DNA of 59,259 nucleotides, the filler included. It is 5 parts of 5 records of this genome, joined end to end, with 100 filler letters (N's around TTAATTAATTAA, not from the genome) between each part and the next. Parts side by side here need not be neighbours in the genome. Positions count along the whole stretch, not along the records: positions 53,617 to 59,259 come from SRR20825019_2437; 4 more parts are not named here. One strand, 5' to 3'. How positions within the stretch are numbered: the first letter of the stretch is position 1; each line of letters opens with the position of its first letter. The notes under the pieces were generated by a model, which did not search any database, was not told the DNA's origin, and saw nothing but the letters and a program-made list of their open reading frames with translations. This document shows positions 57,238 through 59,259 of this stretch, piece by piece. The position numbers and the translations under genes are program-made.

Positions 57238-57274
57238 TCCATTCAATCGAACGGAAAGCGGGGGACGGCGCAGC

Positions 57275-58294
57275 TTGGGCAGACCGATTGTTCGACTGAA
57301 GGATGTTGCAGACAAGACCGGTTTCTCGGTGAACACGGTCAGCCTGGCCTTGCGCGGCAGCCCCCGCATTCCCGAGGACACCGCCATGCGCATTCGCGAT
57401 GCGGCGCGTGACCTCAACTACATGCCCAATCAGGTCGCCAAGTCCCTGGTCAGCCGGGAGACCAAGACCATCGGGCTGGTGTTGACCGACATCACCAACC
57501 CGGCGCTGACCCAGGCCGCCCAATCCATCGAGCTGGCCTTGGCCGAGCGGGGCTATTCCACCCTGTTTGCCACGTCCAACAATGATCTGGACGAGGAAAA
57601 GCGGGTTATCGCCATGTTCCAGTCGCGCCAGGTGGATGGCATGTTGATCTACCCGCGCAGTCACCGGGAACTCGATCATATCCGGCAATTGCGCCGCGCC
57701 AATTATCCGGTGGTCCTGCTCGTCGCGGATCCGGATGCAGGGGTCGATGCGGTCTCTGTGGACGAGCGTCGCGGCGCCTACCGCGCCGTACGCCATCTGA
57801 TCGATATCGGGCACAAGCGGATCGGCATCATCGATAGCTCGAACCCGATGGGCAATCACGAAAAGCGCGACGGCTATGTCGCCGCGCTCACCGAGGCGGG
57901 CCTGACCCCCGACCCCAGATGGTCTGCCGACCCGCAGGGGCATTCCGTTATCCGGGGCTATTGGGCCATGGACAAGCTGATGCGCCTGGCCAATCGCCCC
58001 TCAGCCGTGTTCACCGCCAACGATTCCCTGGCTATCGGCGCCCTGCGCTGGACGCAGAAAAATAATCTGCGCGTCCCCGAAGACGTCGCCATCGTCGGCT
58101 TTGACAATATCGAATTTGCTGAACACGCCGCCACGCCGCTGACCAGCGTCAATTACGAAATCCGGCTGGTGACCGATCTGGCCGTGGCCCGCCTGATCGA
58201 ATTGATCGGCACGGAGGGCGCCCTGCCCGAACCCAGCGTCACCCTGATCGACCCCGAGTTGATCGTCAGGGAAAGCACGCATCGGCGCAATTAA
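57275..58294 (+). CDS. LacI family transcriptional regulator
   Basis: LKDVADKTGFSVNTVSLAL HTH; YMPNQVAKSL hinge; VGFDNI motif. Confidence 0.95.
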   Translation: MGRPIVRLKDVADKTGFSVNTVSLALRGSPRIPEDTAMRIRDAARDLNYMPNQVAKSLVSRETKTIGLVLTDITNPALTQAAQSIELALAERGYSTLFATSNNDLDEEKRVIAMFQSRQVDGMLIYPRSHRELDHIRQLRRANYPVVLLVADPDAGVDAVSVDERRGAYRAVRHLIDIGHKRIGIIDSSNPMGNHEKRDGYVAALTEAGLTPDPRWSADPQGHSVIRGYWAMDKLMRLANRPSAVFTANDSLAIGALRWTQKNNLRVPEDVAIVGFDNIEFAEHAATPLTSVNYEIRLVTDLAVARLIELIGTEGALPEPSVTLIDPELIVRESTHRRN

Positions 58295-58364
58295 GGCCGA
58301 GCCGCTGATCGCCGTCGCCACCACCGGCCCTGTCCGCCATCTTTCGTAGCCGGAGCCGCAAAAA

Positions 58365-59258
58365 TCAGCCCAAGTCGATATAGCCAATGGACCGGCGTGC
58401 AATCTCATCCCGGCTTTCCTCGTAGCCGGCATCGGCATAGCGCATGACGCCGAGGGCGGTGTCATTGGTCAGCGCATGAGACAGCCGTTCGGCGCCCGCC
58501 TCAGTGCCATCAGCCACGACTGTAACACCGGCCGACGTCATGTAGCCGGCATAGCCGCCACCGCCCGAATGGACCACAACGAGGTCGGCCATGGATGAGC
58601 AGAGCAGCATGGCGTCGAGAATGGGCCAGTCGGCAATGGCGTCAGAGCCGTCCTTCATCCGCTCGGTCATGATGTTTGGGTGCGCCATAGCGCCGGCGTC
58701 AAGATGATCGCGGCTGAAGGTGACCGGACCGGCCAATTCACCCTTTTTCACCATATCATTGACTGCCAGCGCCAGGTCGGTGCGCTCGCCATGGCCGAGC
58801 CAGGCGATGCGCGATGGCAGTCCCTCGAACGGGACGTGGCGCCGCGCCAGCTGGATCCAGTTGGTGACAATGCGGTTCTCCGGGAACATCTGGAGCAGGC
58901 GATCATCGATCTTGCGAATATCCTCGGGATCACCGGATTGGGCCATCCAACGGAAGGGACCGATGGCACGGGCAAAGAGCGGGCGCAGATAGGCCTCGGT
59001 GAAAATGCGGATATCAAAGGCATTCTCGACGCCGCCGTCCTTTGCGTGGGTGCGGATCAGATTGCCATTATCGAAGACCTCGGCGCCGCGCGCCTGGAAG
59101 GCGAGCATGGCGCGAACATGGTCAACGATGGAGGCCCGGCTGGCCGCCATCAGTTTGGCCGGATTTGATTTGCGCATCTCGCGCACCTGTTCGAGCGAAT
59201 AATCCTTGGGCACATAGCCATAAACCAGGTCATGGGCCGAGGTCTGGTCGGTGACGAT
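58365..59258 (-). CDS. Urocanate hydratase family protein, divergent; C-terminal half (5' truncated at window end)
   Basis: Frame open to the window end (IVTDQTSAHDLVYGY); GPFRW, RIAWLG, RDHLD, DGSDAIADWP and GVMRYADAGY motifs. Confidence 0.92.
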   Translation of the reverse strand: MVTDQTSAHDLVYGYVPKDYSLEQVREMRKSNPAKLMAASRASIVDHVRAMLAFQARGAEVFDNGNLIRTHAKDGGVENAFDIRIFTEAYLRPLFARAIGPFRWMAQSGDPEDIRKIDDRLLQMFPENRIVTNWIQLARRHVPFEGLPSRIAWLGHGERTDLALAVNDMVKKGELAGPVTFSRDHLDAGAMAHPNIMTERMKDGSDAIADWPILDAMLLCSSMADLVVVHSGGGGYAGYMTSAGVTVVADGTEAGAERLSHALTNDTALGVMRYADAGYEESRDEIARRSIGYIDLG

Positions 59259-59259
59259 A

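Noticed and set aside
1-59259. CRISPR arrays, transposases, integrases, prophage, reverse transcriptase or defence genes
   Set aside because: No regularly spaced repeat arrays or matching protein motifs found by eye.

Overview
The window is not one locus. It is five unrelated alphaproteobacterial contigs joined by four identical artificial 100-bp spacers (N44-TTAATTAATTAA-N44 at 9064-9163, 23714-23813, 37544-37643, 53517-53616), so nothing should be inferred across the spacers. Contig 1 (1-9063): ileS'-lspA-DUF3035 lipoprotein-ModA-like-two M16 peptidases-pgi-mutL'. Contig 2 (9164-23713, Hyphomicrobiales-like): class II DAHP synthase', gor, DUF2059, rpiA, L,D-transpeptidase, moaA, an APH(4)/hygromycin-kinase homologue, VOC, Lrp, PleC/DivJ-like kinase, cobT/cobS, aspartic protease, dusA, ICMT-like, USP. 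Contig 3 (23814-37543, visibly less GC-rich): tRNA 3' end, a membrane serine hydrolase divergent from a 7TM-LytTR one-component regulator, a wzc/short-wza/beta-barrel/phosphatase polysaccharide-export cluster, and a CoA-dependent aminobenzoate-type cluster. Contig 4 (37644-53516, Rhizobiaceae-like): ppa', GNAT, lpxK, waaA, DUF4170, CysQ-like, PmbA, Kef antiporter, nag operon and three LysR modules. Contig 5 (53617-59259): sugar ABC transporter, aldo-keto reductase, VOC, LacI and a non-canonical urocanate hydratase. No integrase, transposase, phage gene or CRISPR array was seen. The best leads are (i) the membrane LytTR sensor-regulator / hydrolase pair with a 21-bp-period direct repeat between them, (ii) a chromosomal APH(4)-Ia homologue overlapping the end of moaA, (iii) a divergent HutU that may be a thiourocanate-type hydratase, and (iv) a LacI regulon with two matching operators. 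All homology calls come from recalled motifs, not from database searches.
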